From Shigella phage ESh10: 38,729 nt of DNA. The number at the start of each line of letters is the position of its first letter. Within the stretch, counting starts at the first letter, position 1. This document shows positions 1-9,279 of this stretch, one piece after another. A model generated the notes under the pieces. The model was not told where the DNA came from. It saw nothing but the letters and a program-made list of their open reading frames with translations, and did not search any database. The translations under genes were made by a program, and so were the position numbers. The stretch lies in sequence record ON528723. One strand, written 5' to 3'.

Positions 1-1789
1 TAACGGTCGCAGACCTTTGGCACTCGTTCGCACTCACTCTAAGAAGGGCTTGATGCGCTATGAGGATGTTTACATGCCAGAAGTTTACAAGGCGGTCAAC
101 ATCGCACAGAACACCGCATGGAAAATCAACAAGAAAGTTCTTGCTGTTGTCAATGAGATTGTTAACTGGAAGAATTGCCCGGTCGCAGACATTCCATCTC
201 TGGAACGCCAAGAGTTACCGCCTAAGCCGGACGACATTGACACCAACGAGGCAGCACTCAAGGAGTGGAAGAAAGCCGCCGCTGGTATCTACCGCTTGGA
301 CAAGGCACGAGTGTCTCGCCGTATCAGCTTAGAGTTCATGCTGGAGCAGGCCAACAAGTTCGCAAACAAGAAAGCAATCTGGTTCCCTTACAACATGGAC
401 TGGCGCGGTCGTGTGTACGCTGTGCCGATGTTCAACCCGCAAGGCAACGACATGACCAAGGGTCTCCTAACCCTCGCTAAGGGAAAGCCAATCGGTGAGG
501 AAGGTTTCTACTGGCTGAAAATCCACGGTGCGAACTGTGCGGGTGTCGATAAGGTTCCATTCCCTGAGCGTATCGCGTTCATTGAGAAGCACGTAGACGA
601 CATTCTGGCTTGCGCTAAAGACCCAATCAATAACACTTGGTGGGCCGAGCAGGATTCACCTTTCTGTTTCCTCGCGTTCTGCTTCGAGTATGCAGGCGTT
701 GCGCACCACGGTCTGAGCTACAATTGCTCTCTGCCGCTGGCGTTCGACGGGTCTTGCTCTGGTATCCAGCACTTCTCCGCGATGCTCCGCGATGAGGTAG
801 GCGGTCGTGCGGTTAACCTGCTGCCAAGCGAAACCGTGCAGGACATTTACGGAATCGTTGCACAGAAAGTAAACGAGATTCTCAAACAGGATGCAATCAA
901 CGGCACACCTAACGAGATGATTACCGTGACCGACAAGGACACCGGGGAAATCTCTGAGAAGCTCAAGCTGGGAACCTCAACGCTGGCGCAACAGTGGCTG
1001 GCATACGGTGTAACCCGTAGCGTAACTAAACGTTCGGTCATGACGCTGGCTTACGGTTCTAAGGAGTTCGGCTTTCGTCAACAGGTACTGGACGACACCA
1101 TTCAGCCTGCGATTGACAGCGGTAAGGGCTTGATGTTCACCCAACCTAACCAAGCGGCTGGCTATATGGCTAAGTTGATTTGGGACGCGGTGAGCGTGAC
1201 CGTAGTCGCAGCGGTTGAGGCGATGAACTGGCTCAAGTCTGCCGCCAAGCTGCTGGCTGCTGAGGTCAAGGACAAGAAGACCAAGGAGATTCTGCGCCAC
1301 CGTTGCGCGGTTCACTGGACTACGCCGGACGGCTTCCCGGTCTGGCAGGAATACCGCAAGCCACTCCAGAAGCGTCTCGATATGATTTTCTTGGGGCAAT
1401 TCCGTCTGCAACCGACGATTAATACCCTCAAGGATTCAGGCATTGACGCACACAAGCAGGAGTCTGGTATCGCTCCTAACTTTGTTCACTCACAGGATGG
1501 TAGCCACCTACGCATGACAGTCGTTTATGCTCACGAGAAGTATGGCATTGAGTCCTTTGCGCTCATCCATGACAGCTTTGGGACTATTCCGGCAGACGCT
1601 GGTAAGCTCTTTAAGGCTGTGCGGGAAACGATGGTTCTCACCTACGAGAACAACGATGTGCTGGCAGACTTCTATGACCAGTTTGCAGACCAGCTACACG
1701 AGACCCAACTGGACAAGATGCCTCCTCTTCCGAAGAAAGGGAACCTGAACCTGCAAGACATTCTCAAGTCTGACTTTGCCTTTGCATAA
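1..1789 (+). CDS. 1: T3-type DNA-directed RNA polymerase, C-terminal ~590 codons (5'-partial in window; continues from 37864..38729 across the window junction)
   Basis: ORF 17..1789 is open back to position 2 in the same frame; translation matches single-subunit T7/T3 RNAP and ends ...DFAFA. Confidence 0.95.
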   Translation, partial: NGRRPLALVRTHSKKGLMRYEDVYMPEVYKAVNIAQNTAWKINKKVLAVVNEIVNWKNCPVADIPSLERQELPPKPDDIDTNEAALKEWKKAAAGIYRLDKARVSRRISLEFMLEQANKFANKKAIWFPYNMDWRGRVYAVPMFNPQGNDMTKGLLTLAKGKPIGEEGFYWLKIHGANCAGVDKVPFPERIAFIEKHVDDILACAKDPINNTWWAEQDSPFCFLAFCFEYAGVAHHGLSYNCSLPLAFDGSCSGIQHFSAMLRDEVGGRAVNLLPSETVQDIYGIVAQKVNEILKQDAINGTPNEMITVTDKDTGEISEKLKLGTSTLAQQWLAYGVTRSVTKRSVMTLAYGSKEFGFRQQVLDDTIQPAIDSGKGLMFTQPNQAAGYMAKLIWDAVSVTVVAAVEAMNWLKSAAKLLAAEVKDKKTKEILRHRCAVHWTTPDGFPVWQEYRKPLQKRLDMIFLGQFRLQPTINTLKDSGIDAHKQESGIAPNFVHSQDGSHLRMTVVYAHEKYGIESFALIHDSFGTIPADAGKLFKAVRETMVLTYENNDVLADFYDQFADQLHETQLDKMPPLPKKGNLNLQDILKSDFAFA

Positions 1790-1801
1790 CAAGCACTTAG
1801 C

Positions 1802-1823
1802 ATTAACCCTCACTAACGGGAGA
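1802..1823 (+). promoter_or_regulatory. T3-type phage RNAP promoter
   Basis: attaaccctcactaacgggaga matches the T3 promoter consensus; immediately downstream of gene 1. Confidence 0.8.
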
Positions 1824-1875
1824 CTACTTAAGGTCTCCCACTTTAAGACACTTTAGGTACTAAGAGATTAAATTT

Positions 1876-2148
1876 ATGATTAACATTAAGACTTTCTTTA
1901 AGAACATCTTTAAGTTAAACCGCTTGACTTCCGTTAAGTTCTACGCTTGGATGCCCGGTAGCGATGACCTCCGCAAGACTGAATTTAAGTTAGGCTTAGG
2001 GCCGTGCGGTAAGGTGGTCACGAAGTTGGAATGCTACTCAATGGCCTCCGGGATGGTCATCTTCCAGACCACTGAGGACAACGAAATGAAATCCTTCTAC
2101 TACCCGAAAGGTTCAACATGTGGTCGTATCGAACGGACATACAGTTAA
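1876..2148 (+). CDS. hypothetical class II protein (gene 1.05-like)
   Basis: 90-aa ORF between two phage promoters, co-oriented; no recognisable domain. Confidence 0.5.
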   Translation: MINIKTFFKNIFKLNRLTSVKFYAWMPGSDDLRKTEFKLGLGPCGKVVTKLECYSMASGMVIFQTTEDNEMKSFYYPKGSTCGRIERTYS

Positions 2149-2166
2149 CCCTCACTAACGGGAGAG
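2145..2166 (+). promoter_or_regulatory. T3-type phage RNAP promoter
   Basis: ttaaccctcactaacgggagag. Confidence 0.8.
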
Positions 2167-2171
2167 TTAAA

Positions 2172-2206
2172 CTTAAGGTCATCACCAGCGGTGGCCTTTG
2201 TGATTA
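2172..2206 (+). promoter_or_regulatory. RNase III-type processing hairpin
   Basis: acttaaggtc...ggcctttgtgatt, same motif family as the other intergenic ctcaaggtc/ggcctttatgat hairpins. Confidence 0.55.
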
Positions 2207-2240
2207 ACTTTCAATACACATCAACATGAGGTAAGATACT

Positions 2241-2381
2241 ATGCGTACCAACTTTGAGAAATTTACCAAGCGCGATTCAGTGGTCAACGAGCATGGCGAA
2301 CAGTGGCAAGAGCGCCATGACCGCATGAAGAAACGCCACAAGCAACAGCGCGGTAACTCACAGAAACGGGAGTGGAACTAA
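2241..2381 (+). CDS. 1.1: gene 1.1-like small basic protein (46 aa)
   Basis: ATG after a gtaagat SD-like sequence; translation MRTNFEKFTKRDSVVNEHGEQWQERHDRMKKRHKQQRGNSQKREWN, basic and similar to T7 gp1.1; below the ORF-track cutoff. Confidence 0.55.
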   Translation: MRTNFEKFTKRDSVVNEHGEQWQERHDRMKKRHKQQRGNSQKREWN

Positions 2382-2659
2382 TGATGATGGGACGTATCTA
2401 TAGCGGCAACCTGAACGATTACAAAGATGCGGTAGAGCGTCTACAGGAAGACCATGACGTGACCGTGAAGATGGAGTCATTCAGCTATGAAAACCCAGCG
2501 AAGATGTGCAGGTCATCCGGTGAGGTTCTCCGTGTGTTCACACGCTCCGGGCATCTGGTGGCATCCAGAACCTTCGAGCACAGCGACAGCGATGTACAAA
2601 TCAACGCGCAGACTGCATGGCTCCGCAAGGTTCACAGCGATTTGAAACACTGGAAGTAA
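2381..2659 (+). CDS. 1.2: gene 1.2 protein (inhibitor of host dGTP triphosphohydrolase)
   Basis: ORF 2372..2659; MGRIYSGNL...DLKHWK resembles T7 gp1.2; start at 2381/2387 preferred over 2372 because of upstream GGAG. Confidence 0.7.
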   Translation: MMMGRIYSGNLNDYKDAVERLQEDHDVTVKMESFSYENPAKMCRSSGEVLRVFTRSGHLVASRTFEHSDSDVQINAQTAWLRKVHSDLKHWK

Positions 2660-2679
2660 TAACCCTCACTAACAGGAGA
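2658..2679 (+). promoter_or_regulatory. T3-type phage RNAP promoter
   Basis: aataaccctcactaacaggaga. Confidence 0.8.
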
Positions 2680-2682
2680 ATC

Positions 2683-2716
2683 CTCAGGGTCACTTTAGCG
2701 AGTGGCCTTTGTGATT
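2683..2716 (+). promoter_or_regulatory. RNase III-type processing hairpin
   Basis: cctcagggtcac...gtggcctttgtgatt. Confidence 0.5.
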
Positions 2717-2753
2717 CGAACTGATTAACTTTCAACCAATGAGGAACAACCTT

Positions 2754-3800
2754 ATGAACATCTTCAATACCAACCCATTCAAAGCTGTGTCATTCGTAGA
2801 GTCTGCCGTTAAGAAAGCGCTGGAGACCTCCGGCTACCTAATGGCTGATATCAAATATGATGGTGTGCGCGGTAACATTGTGGTTGACAACGTGGCTGAG
2901 GCCGCATGGTTGTCTCGCGTATCCAAGTTCATCCCGGCGCTAGAACACCTGAACGGATTCGATAAGCGCTGGCAGCAACTACTGAACGATGACCGCTGCA
3001 TCTTCCCGGATGGCTTCATGCTGGATGGCGAACTGATGGTCAAAGGTGTAGACTTCAACACCGGGTCTGGCCTGCTGCGTACCAAGTGGCTCAAGAAGGA
3101 TAACGCCGAGTTCCATAACGTAATGGTCACACCAGACATGCTCAAGCCACGTAAGGTGGGAGTAGCTAAACGGGTTCGCACCGCCTTTGAGTTGGACACT
3201 AAGCGCCTGAGCGTGCGCCTGTATGCTGTCATGCCGATTCACATTGCGGAGTCTGGCGAGGACTACGATGTACAGAACCTGCTGATGCCGTATCATGTGG
3301 AAGCCATGCGCTCTCTTCTGGTTGAATACTTCCCGGAAATCGAGTGGCTTATCGCTGAGACCTACGAGGTCTACGATATGGATTCGCTGACTGAACTGTA
3401 CGAAGAGAAGCGTGCCGAAGGTCACGAGGGTCTCATTGTGAAAGACCCACAAGGAATCTACAAGCGAGGCAAGAAGTCTGGCTGGTGGAAGCTCAAGCCT
3501 GAGTGTGAAGCTGATGGTATCATTCAGGGTGTCAATTGGGGAACCGAAGGGTTAGCCAACGAGGGTAAAGTGATAGGCTTTAGTGTGCTTCTTGAGACTG
3601 GTCGTTTAGTAGACGCCAACAACATCTCTCGCGCATTGATGGACGAGTTCACAGCCAACGTTAAAGCCCACGGTGAAGACTTCTACAACGGGTGGGCCTG
3701 TCAGGTCAACTATATGGAAGAGACCCCGGACGGCTCCCTGCGTCACCCTAGCTTCGAGAAGTTCCGAGGCACTGAGGACAACCCTCAAGAGAAAATGTAA
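2754..3800 (+). CDS. 1.3: ATP-dependent DNA ligase
   Basis: Translation has the adenylation motif (AD)IKYDGVRG and aligns along its length to T7 ligase; start 2754 (GAGGA 9 nt upstream) preferred over ORF-track start 2739. Confidence 0.9.
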   Translation: MNIFNTNPFKAVSFVESAVKKALETSGYLMADIKYDGVRGNIVVDNVAEAAWLSRVSKFIPALEHLNGFDKRWQQLLNDDRCIFPDGFMLDGELMVKGVDFNTGSGLLRTKWLKKDNAEFHNVMVTPDMLKPRKVGVAKRVRTAFELDTKRLSVRLYAVMPIHIAESGEDYDVQNLLMPYHVEAMRSLLVEYFPEIEWLIAETYEVYDMDSLTELYEEKRAEGHEGLIVKDPQGIYKRGKKSGWWKLKPECEADGIIQGVNWGTEGLANEGKVIGFSVLLETGRLVDANNISRALMDEFTANVKAHGEDFYNGWACQVNYMEETPDGSLRHPSFEKFRGTEDNPQEKM

Positions 3801-3849
3801 CCAACTCACTGGCTCACCTTAACGGGTGGGCCTTTCTTCGTTCAGAGGT

Positions 3850-3871
3850 ATTAACCCTCACTAACAGGAGA
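3850..3871 (+). promoter_or_regulatory. T3-type phage RNAP promoter
   Basis: attaaccctcactaacaggaga. Confidence 0.8.
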
Positions 3872-3879
3872 CACACACC

Positions 3880-3957
3880 ATGTGGCTTATCCTATTCGCT
3901 ATCGTCGCAACTCTGGGATTAATGGTTGCCGACGACAACATTTGGCCTGATTGTTAA
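3880..3957 (+). CDS. very small hydrophobic peptide (25 aa), hypothetical
   Basis: ATG 9 nt after promoter-embedded AGGAG; MWLILFAIVATLGLMVADDNIWPDC; weak. Confidence 0.3.
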   Translation: MWLILFAIVATLGLMVADDNIWPDC

Positions 3958-3969
3958 GGAGACAACATC

Positions 3970-4227
3970 ATGCGTTTACACTTCAACAAATCAAATGGTA
4001 TCTTTTCGGTTCGCCGTGAAGACCGCTCTACAGCAGTGGCCTCTGAGCGCAACGCCAAGCTGCCGCTGATTGGTTCGGTCGTACCATTGTCGCCGCGTGT
4101 TCACCTACTGATCACTCGTGGAGAGTTCATTAAGGCGATGAACAAAGAGCGCACACATCTGGAAGCCGTGGTCACTTACTGGCCTCGCATCCGTCTGTTC
4201 ATTAAGTGGATTAAGGAGGTGCTGTAA
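3970..4227 (+). CDS. 1.6: gene 1.6 protein
   Basis: AAGGAGA SD; 85 aa, resembles T7 gp1.6. Confidence 0.7.
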   Translation: MRLHFNKSNGIFSVRREDRSTAVASERNAKLPLIGSVVPLSPRVHLLITRGEFIKAMNKERTHLEAVVTYWPRIRLFIKWIKEVL

Positions 4228-4706
4228 TGCTACAACATCATTGGAACAAACCAGACTTAGAGGCGCGCTTCCCGGTTAACTCTGCTGTTCGTTATTCGGG
4301 CGATAACCCAGTTCTCAAGGGTCTGACCGGAACAGTGCAGGGCTATTCTCACACTGGTCGAGTCAAGGTTCGCTTCGGTATTCGTGAGGCTGAGGTGCAT
4401 CCATCCGTACTAATCCCGCTACCTAAAGTCGGCCCGAACGTTGAAGCACCGAAGACAGAAGTCAAGTCTGACGTGACCCATCCGAACCACTACATGCTGT
4501 TCGACAACGTGGAAGCCATTGAGGTTATCGCCCGGTCAATGACCGTCGAGGCGTTCCGTGGGTACTGCTTAGGGAACATCCTGAAATACCGCCTGCGTGC
4601 TGGTAAGAAATCCGAACTGGCAACGATGGAGAAAGACCTTAAGAAAGCGGCTTTCTATCAGGAACTGTTTGACAAACATAAGGGGCTGTGTTATGACGCT
4701 TCGTGA
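4227..4706 (+). CDS. 1.7: gene 1.7 protein (nucleotide kinase-like)
   Basis: ATG overlaps the 1.6 stop, AAGGAGG SD; 159 aa; T7 gp1.7-like. Confidence 0.7.
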   Translation: MLQHHWNKPDLEARFPVNSAVRYSGDNPVLKGLTGTVQGYSHTGRVKVRFGIREAEVHPSVLIPLPKVGPNVEAPKTEVKSDVTHPNHYMLFDNVEAIEVIARSMTVEAFRGYCLGNILKYRLRAGKKSELATMEKDLKKAAFYQELFDKHKGLCYDAS

Positions 4707-4830
4707 ATGCTGCGATTGGTGTGCCGCTAAGTGGAACCAAGCTATTGAGGCTGGTGACGAGGCCGCAGCCAACGCCTACCAACAATTGTACGCGCTGTGG
4801 GAGCGGCGCTTTAAGGAGGCCAATAAATGA
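4693..4830 (+). CDS. 1.8: gene 1.8 protein (45 aa)
   Basis: [45 protein letters not shown]; same frame as ORF 4597..4830 but the upstream part overlaps 1.7. Confidence 0.55.
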   Translation: MTLRECCDWCAAKWNQAIEAGDEAAANAYQQLYALWERRFKEANK

Positions 4831-5063
4831 GCCAGTGTAACAACGGGTGCCAGTACGCGAAGGACGTAGGGATGGAGAACCACTCCTGTGCAAATCGCTG
4901 CATGTACTCAGAACAGAAATACCTTCTGACGATAGAAGGCAACACCGAGTCCTTTGAGGTTCCGGTATTCGCCCGGTCTCTCGAAGAGGCAACGCTACAG
5001 GCTGAACATTATGAGGACGCTGGGTTCGTAGTGACTCGCATCCGTCCAGAAGTGAAATCCTAA
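4827..5063 (+). CDS. 2: gene 2 protein, inhibitor of host RNA polymerase
   Basis: AAGGAGG SD; ...[34 protein letters not shown] resembles T7 gp2. Confidence 0.75.
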   Translation: MSQCNNGCQYAKDVGMENHSCANRCMYSEQKYLLTIEGNTESFEVPVFARSLEEATLQAEHYEDAGFVVTRIRPEVKS

Positions 5064-5085
5064 TTACCCTCACTAAAGGGAACAA
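5063..5085 (+). promoter_or_regulatory. T3-type phage RNAP promoter
   Basis: aattaccctcactaaagggaaca. Confidence 0.8.
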
Positions 5086-5115
5086 CCCAATCATTAACCA
5101 CAAAGGAGAAACATT

Positions 5116-5814
5116 ATGGCTGGTTTCAAGAAGAAAATCTACACCTCTGGTCTTGGCACTGCTGAGCCTTACGCTTACCTGAGTAAGCCGGATTACGGCA
5201 ACGAAGAGCGTGGCTTCGGCAACCCTCGTGGTATCTATAAGGTAGACCTGACTCTTTCCAATAAAGACCCGCGCTGTCAGGCAATGGTCGATGAAATCGT
5301 GAAGACTCACGAAGAGGCTTATGCTGCTGCCGTGGAAGAGTTCGAGGCTAACCCGCCGCAGGCACAGCGTGGTAAGAAACCACTGAAACCTTACGAGGGC
5401 GACATGCCGTTCTTCGATAATGGTGACGGTACGACTACCTTCAAGTTCAAATGCTATGCGTCTTTCCAAGACAAGAAGACCAAAGAGACCAAACACATTA
5501 ATCTGGTCGTGGTCGATAGCAAAGGTAAGAAGATTCAGGACGTTCCGATTATCGGCGGCGGCTCTAAGCTGAAAGTGAAATACTCTCTGGTGCCTTACAA
5601 GTGGAACACCGCTGTGGGCGCAAGCGTCAAGCTGCAACTGGAGTCCGTGATGCTGGTCGAACTGGCTACCTTCGGTGGTGGCGGTGAAGATGAGTGGGCC
5701 GATGAAGTCGAAGATTGTGGTTACACTGCGAGTGAATCCCGTCAGTCCCGCGATGAGCAGGAGTGGCAGGAAGACGAGCACGAAGAAACCCCGGATGATG
5801 ACGAGGACTTCTAA
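5116..5814 (+). CDS. 2.5: single-stranded DNA-binding protein
   Basis: 232 aa; T7 gp2.5-like with characteristic acidic C-terminus ...ETPDDDEDF. Confidence 0.92.
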   Translation: MAGFKKKIYTSGLGTAEPYAYLSKPDYGNEERGFGNPRGIYKVDLTLSNKDPRCQAMVDEIVKTHEEAYAAAVEEFEANPPQAQRGKKPLKPYEGDMPFFDNGDGTTTFKFKCYASFQDKKTKETKHINLVVVDSKGKKIQDVPIIGGGSKLKVKYSLVPYKWNTAVGASVKLQLESVMLVELATFGGGGEDEWADEVEDCGYTASESRQSRDEQEWQEDEHEETPDDDEDF

Positions 5815-6275
5815 TGGCTGGCGCATACGCTGCGCGAGGTGTACGCAAGGTCGGAGCATTCCGTTCCGGCCTAGAGGATAAAGTCTCAAAGCAGCTTGAG
5901 AGTAAGGGAATTAAGTTCGACTATGAACTTTGGCGTATCCCTTACGTCATCCCTGCGAGTGACCACTTATACACTCCAGACTTCCTGCTACCTAATGGCA
6001 TCTTCATTGAGACCAAAGGGTTGTGGGATTCCGATGACCGCAAGAAACACCTTTTGATTCGTGAGCAACACCCCGAACTGGACATTCGCTTGGTCTTCTC
6101 AAGCAGCCGCTCAAAGCTCTACAAGGGTAGCCCAACAAGCTACGGTGAGTGGTGCGAGAAGCATGGCATTCTGTTTGCTGACAAGCTGATACCAGTGGCG
6201 TGGCTCAAAGAACCCAAGAAGGAGGTTCCGTTCGATAAATTTAAGACTAAGAAAGGAGTAAAGAAAAATGGCTAA
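5814..6275 (+). CDS. 3: endonuclease I (Holliday junction resolvase)
   Basis: 153 aa; T7 gp3-like (…YTPDFLLPNGIFIETKG…). Confidence 0.9.
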   Translation: MAGAYAARGVRKVGAFRSGLEDKVSKQLESKGIKFDYELWRIPYVIPASDHLYTPDFLLPNGIFIETKGLWDSDDRKKHLLIREQHPELDIRLVFSSSRSKLYKGSPTSYGEWCEKHGILFADKLIPVAWLKEPKKEVPFDKFKTKKGVKKNG

Positions 6276-6723
6276 AGTTCAATTCAAACCACGGGCAACC
6301 ACGGAGGCAATCTTTGTGCATTGCTCAGCAACCAAGCCAAGCCAGAACATTGGCGTTCGTGAGATTCGTCAGTGGCACAAGGAGCAGGGCTGGTTAGACG
6401 TAGGATATCACTTCATCATCAAGCGTGATGGCACTGTGGAAGCAGGCCGCGATGAACTGGCTGTAGGTTCCCACGTGAAAGGTTACAACCACAACTCCGT
6501 AGGCGTATGCCTCGTGGGTGGGATTGATGATAAAGGCAAGTTCGACGCCAACTTTACACCTGCGCAAATGCAAGCGCTGCGTAGTCTGCTGGTCACGCTG
6601 CTGGCGAAGTATGAGGGTTCAATCATTCGTGCTCACCATGACGTTGCACCCAAGGCCTGCCCGTCCTTCGACTTGAAGCGCTGGTGGGAGAAGAACGAAC
6701 TGGTTACATCTGACCGAGGGTGA
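6268..6723 (+). CDS. 3.5: lysozyme / N-acetylmuramoyl-L-alanine amidase (RNAP-inhibitory)
   Basis: 151 aa; T7 lysozyme-like, Zn-ligand context FVHCSAT…HHDVAPKACPSFD. Confidence 0.93.
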   Translation: MAKVQFKPRATTEAIFVHCSATKPSQNIGVREIRQWHKEQGWLDVGYHFIIKRDGTVEAGRDELAVGSHVKGYNHNSVGVCLVGGIDDKGKFDANFTPAQMQALRSLLVTLLAKYEGSIIRAHHDVAPKACPSFDLKRWWEKNELVTSDRG

Positions 6724-6727
6724 TACC

Positions 6728-6833
6728 ATGATGATGATTTGTATTCGCTGTGATAAGCCGTTGAAGAGTCGTGTACCGTCACGTCAGTGCCAGTGCAAAG
6801 ACCCAATCAAGGCGGAGGAACACACCGAGGAAT

Positions 6834-6835
<2 letters not shown>
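6728..6835 (+). CDS. small Cys-rich (zinc-ribbon-like) protein, 35 aa
   Basis: MMMICIRCDKPLKSRVPSRQCQCKDPIKAEEHTEE; CxxC…CxC spacing; sits in the slot between 3.5 and 4. Confidence 0.45.
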
Positions 6836-8650
<1,815 letters not shown>

Positions 8651-8651
<1 letters not shown>

Positions 8652-8673
8652 TTAACCCTCACTAACGGGAACA
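8651..8673 (+). promoter_or_regulatory. T3-type phage RNAP promoter
   Basis: attaaccctcactaacgggaaca. Confidence 0.8.
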
Positions 8674-8697
8674 ACCTCAAACCATAGGAGACACATC

Positions 8698-8910
8698 ATG
8701 TTTAAATTCATTAACGCTTTGGGTAAGCTGGTAGTCAAACTGTACTTCATCGAAGCCAAGAAGCTGGACAAGAAGGCCAAAGCTGATTCACAGCGAGCCA
8801 TTGGGTTGGCGAAACAGTCCCGCGAGAAATCCGATGCGGCTGTCAGTGGCATCCACAAGTCGGCAGCGATTGCAGCCAAAGCACAGTCCATGAGCAAATT
8901 ATTTGAGTAA
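8698..8910 (+). CDS. 4.3: gene 4.3 protein
   Basis: 70 aa, AGGAGA SD, same length and slot as T7 gp4.3. Confidence 0.65.
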   Translation: MFKFINALGKLVVKLYFIEAKKLDKKAKADSQRAIGLAKQSREKSDAAVSGIHKSAAIAAKAQSMSKLFE

Positions 8911-8922
8911 GGAGCGCACACT

Positions 8923-9207
8923 ATGAGCAAGTCAATCACTCACGCAAACACAATCCGTCTGCCAGACACCGCTGACCAGTTCTCCCGCCGAGTACACATC
9001 AATGTGCGTGGCGAGAAGGTAACGATGGTCTACCGCTGGAAAGACCACAAGTCTCCGAAAGCACATACTCAACGCATGACCTTGGATGACAAGCAGGTCG
9101 GTCGCCTGATGGGTGCCCTGACTATGGCTGCTGACAAGGTGGTCGGTGATAATCGTGAGCGTCTGGTAGAGTTCGGCGCTGGTATGCAAGAGATTATCGA
9201 GAAGTGA
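8923..9207 (+). CDS. 4.5: gene 4.5 protein
   Basis: 94 aa, AAGGAG SD. Confidence 0.65.
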   Translation: MSKSITHANTIRLPDTADQFSRRVHINVRGEKVTMVYRWKDHKSPKAHTQRMTLDDKQVGRLMGALTMAADKVVGDNRERLVEFGAGMQEIIEK

Positions 9208-9210
9208 TAA

Positions 9211-9245
9211 ACTCAAGGTCGCCCAAGGGTGGCCTTTATGATTAT
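9211..9245 (+). promoter_or_regulatory. RNase III-type processing hairpin
   Basis: actcaaggtcgcccaagggtggcctttatgatt. Confidence 0.6.
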
Positions 9246-9279
9246 CATTTATCCTGAAATGAAATGAAAGGAGGGCATT

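Noticed and set aside
2372-2659. Longer ORF-track starts for gene 1.2 (2372), ligase (2739), gene 4 (6872), gene 5.9 (11856), gene 19.5 (33773) and 35901
   Set aside because: Each upstream ATG lacks an SD or overlaps the preceding gene or an RNase III hairpin, whereas a downstream in-frame ATG has a good SD and gives the length expected from T7 homologues.
3801-3849. Hairpin ctcaccttaacgggtgggcc after the ligase gene as a possible terminator
   Set aside because: GC stem present but no following U-tract; it immediately precedes a promoter and may be a processing or stability element. Left uncalled.
4639-5889. 416-aa ORF on the minus strand
   Set aside because: Antisense to well-supported genes 1.8, 2 and 2.5; T7-group genomes are transcribed entirely rightward, there is no minus-strand promoter or SD, and the product is low-complexity Arg/Leu-rich as expected from a shadow frame.
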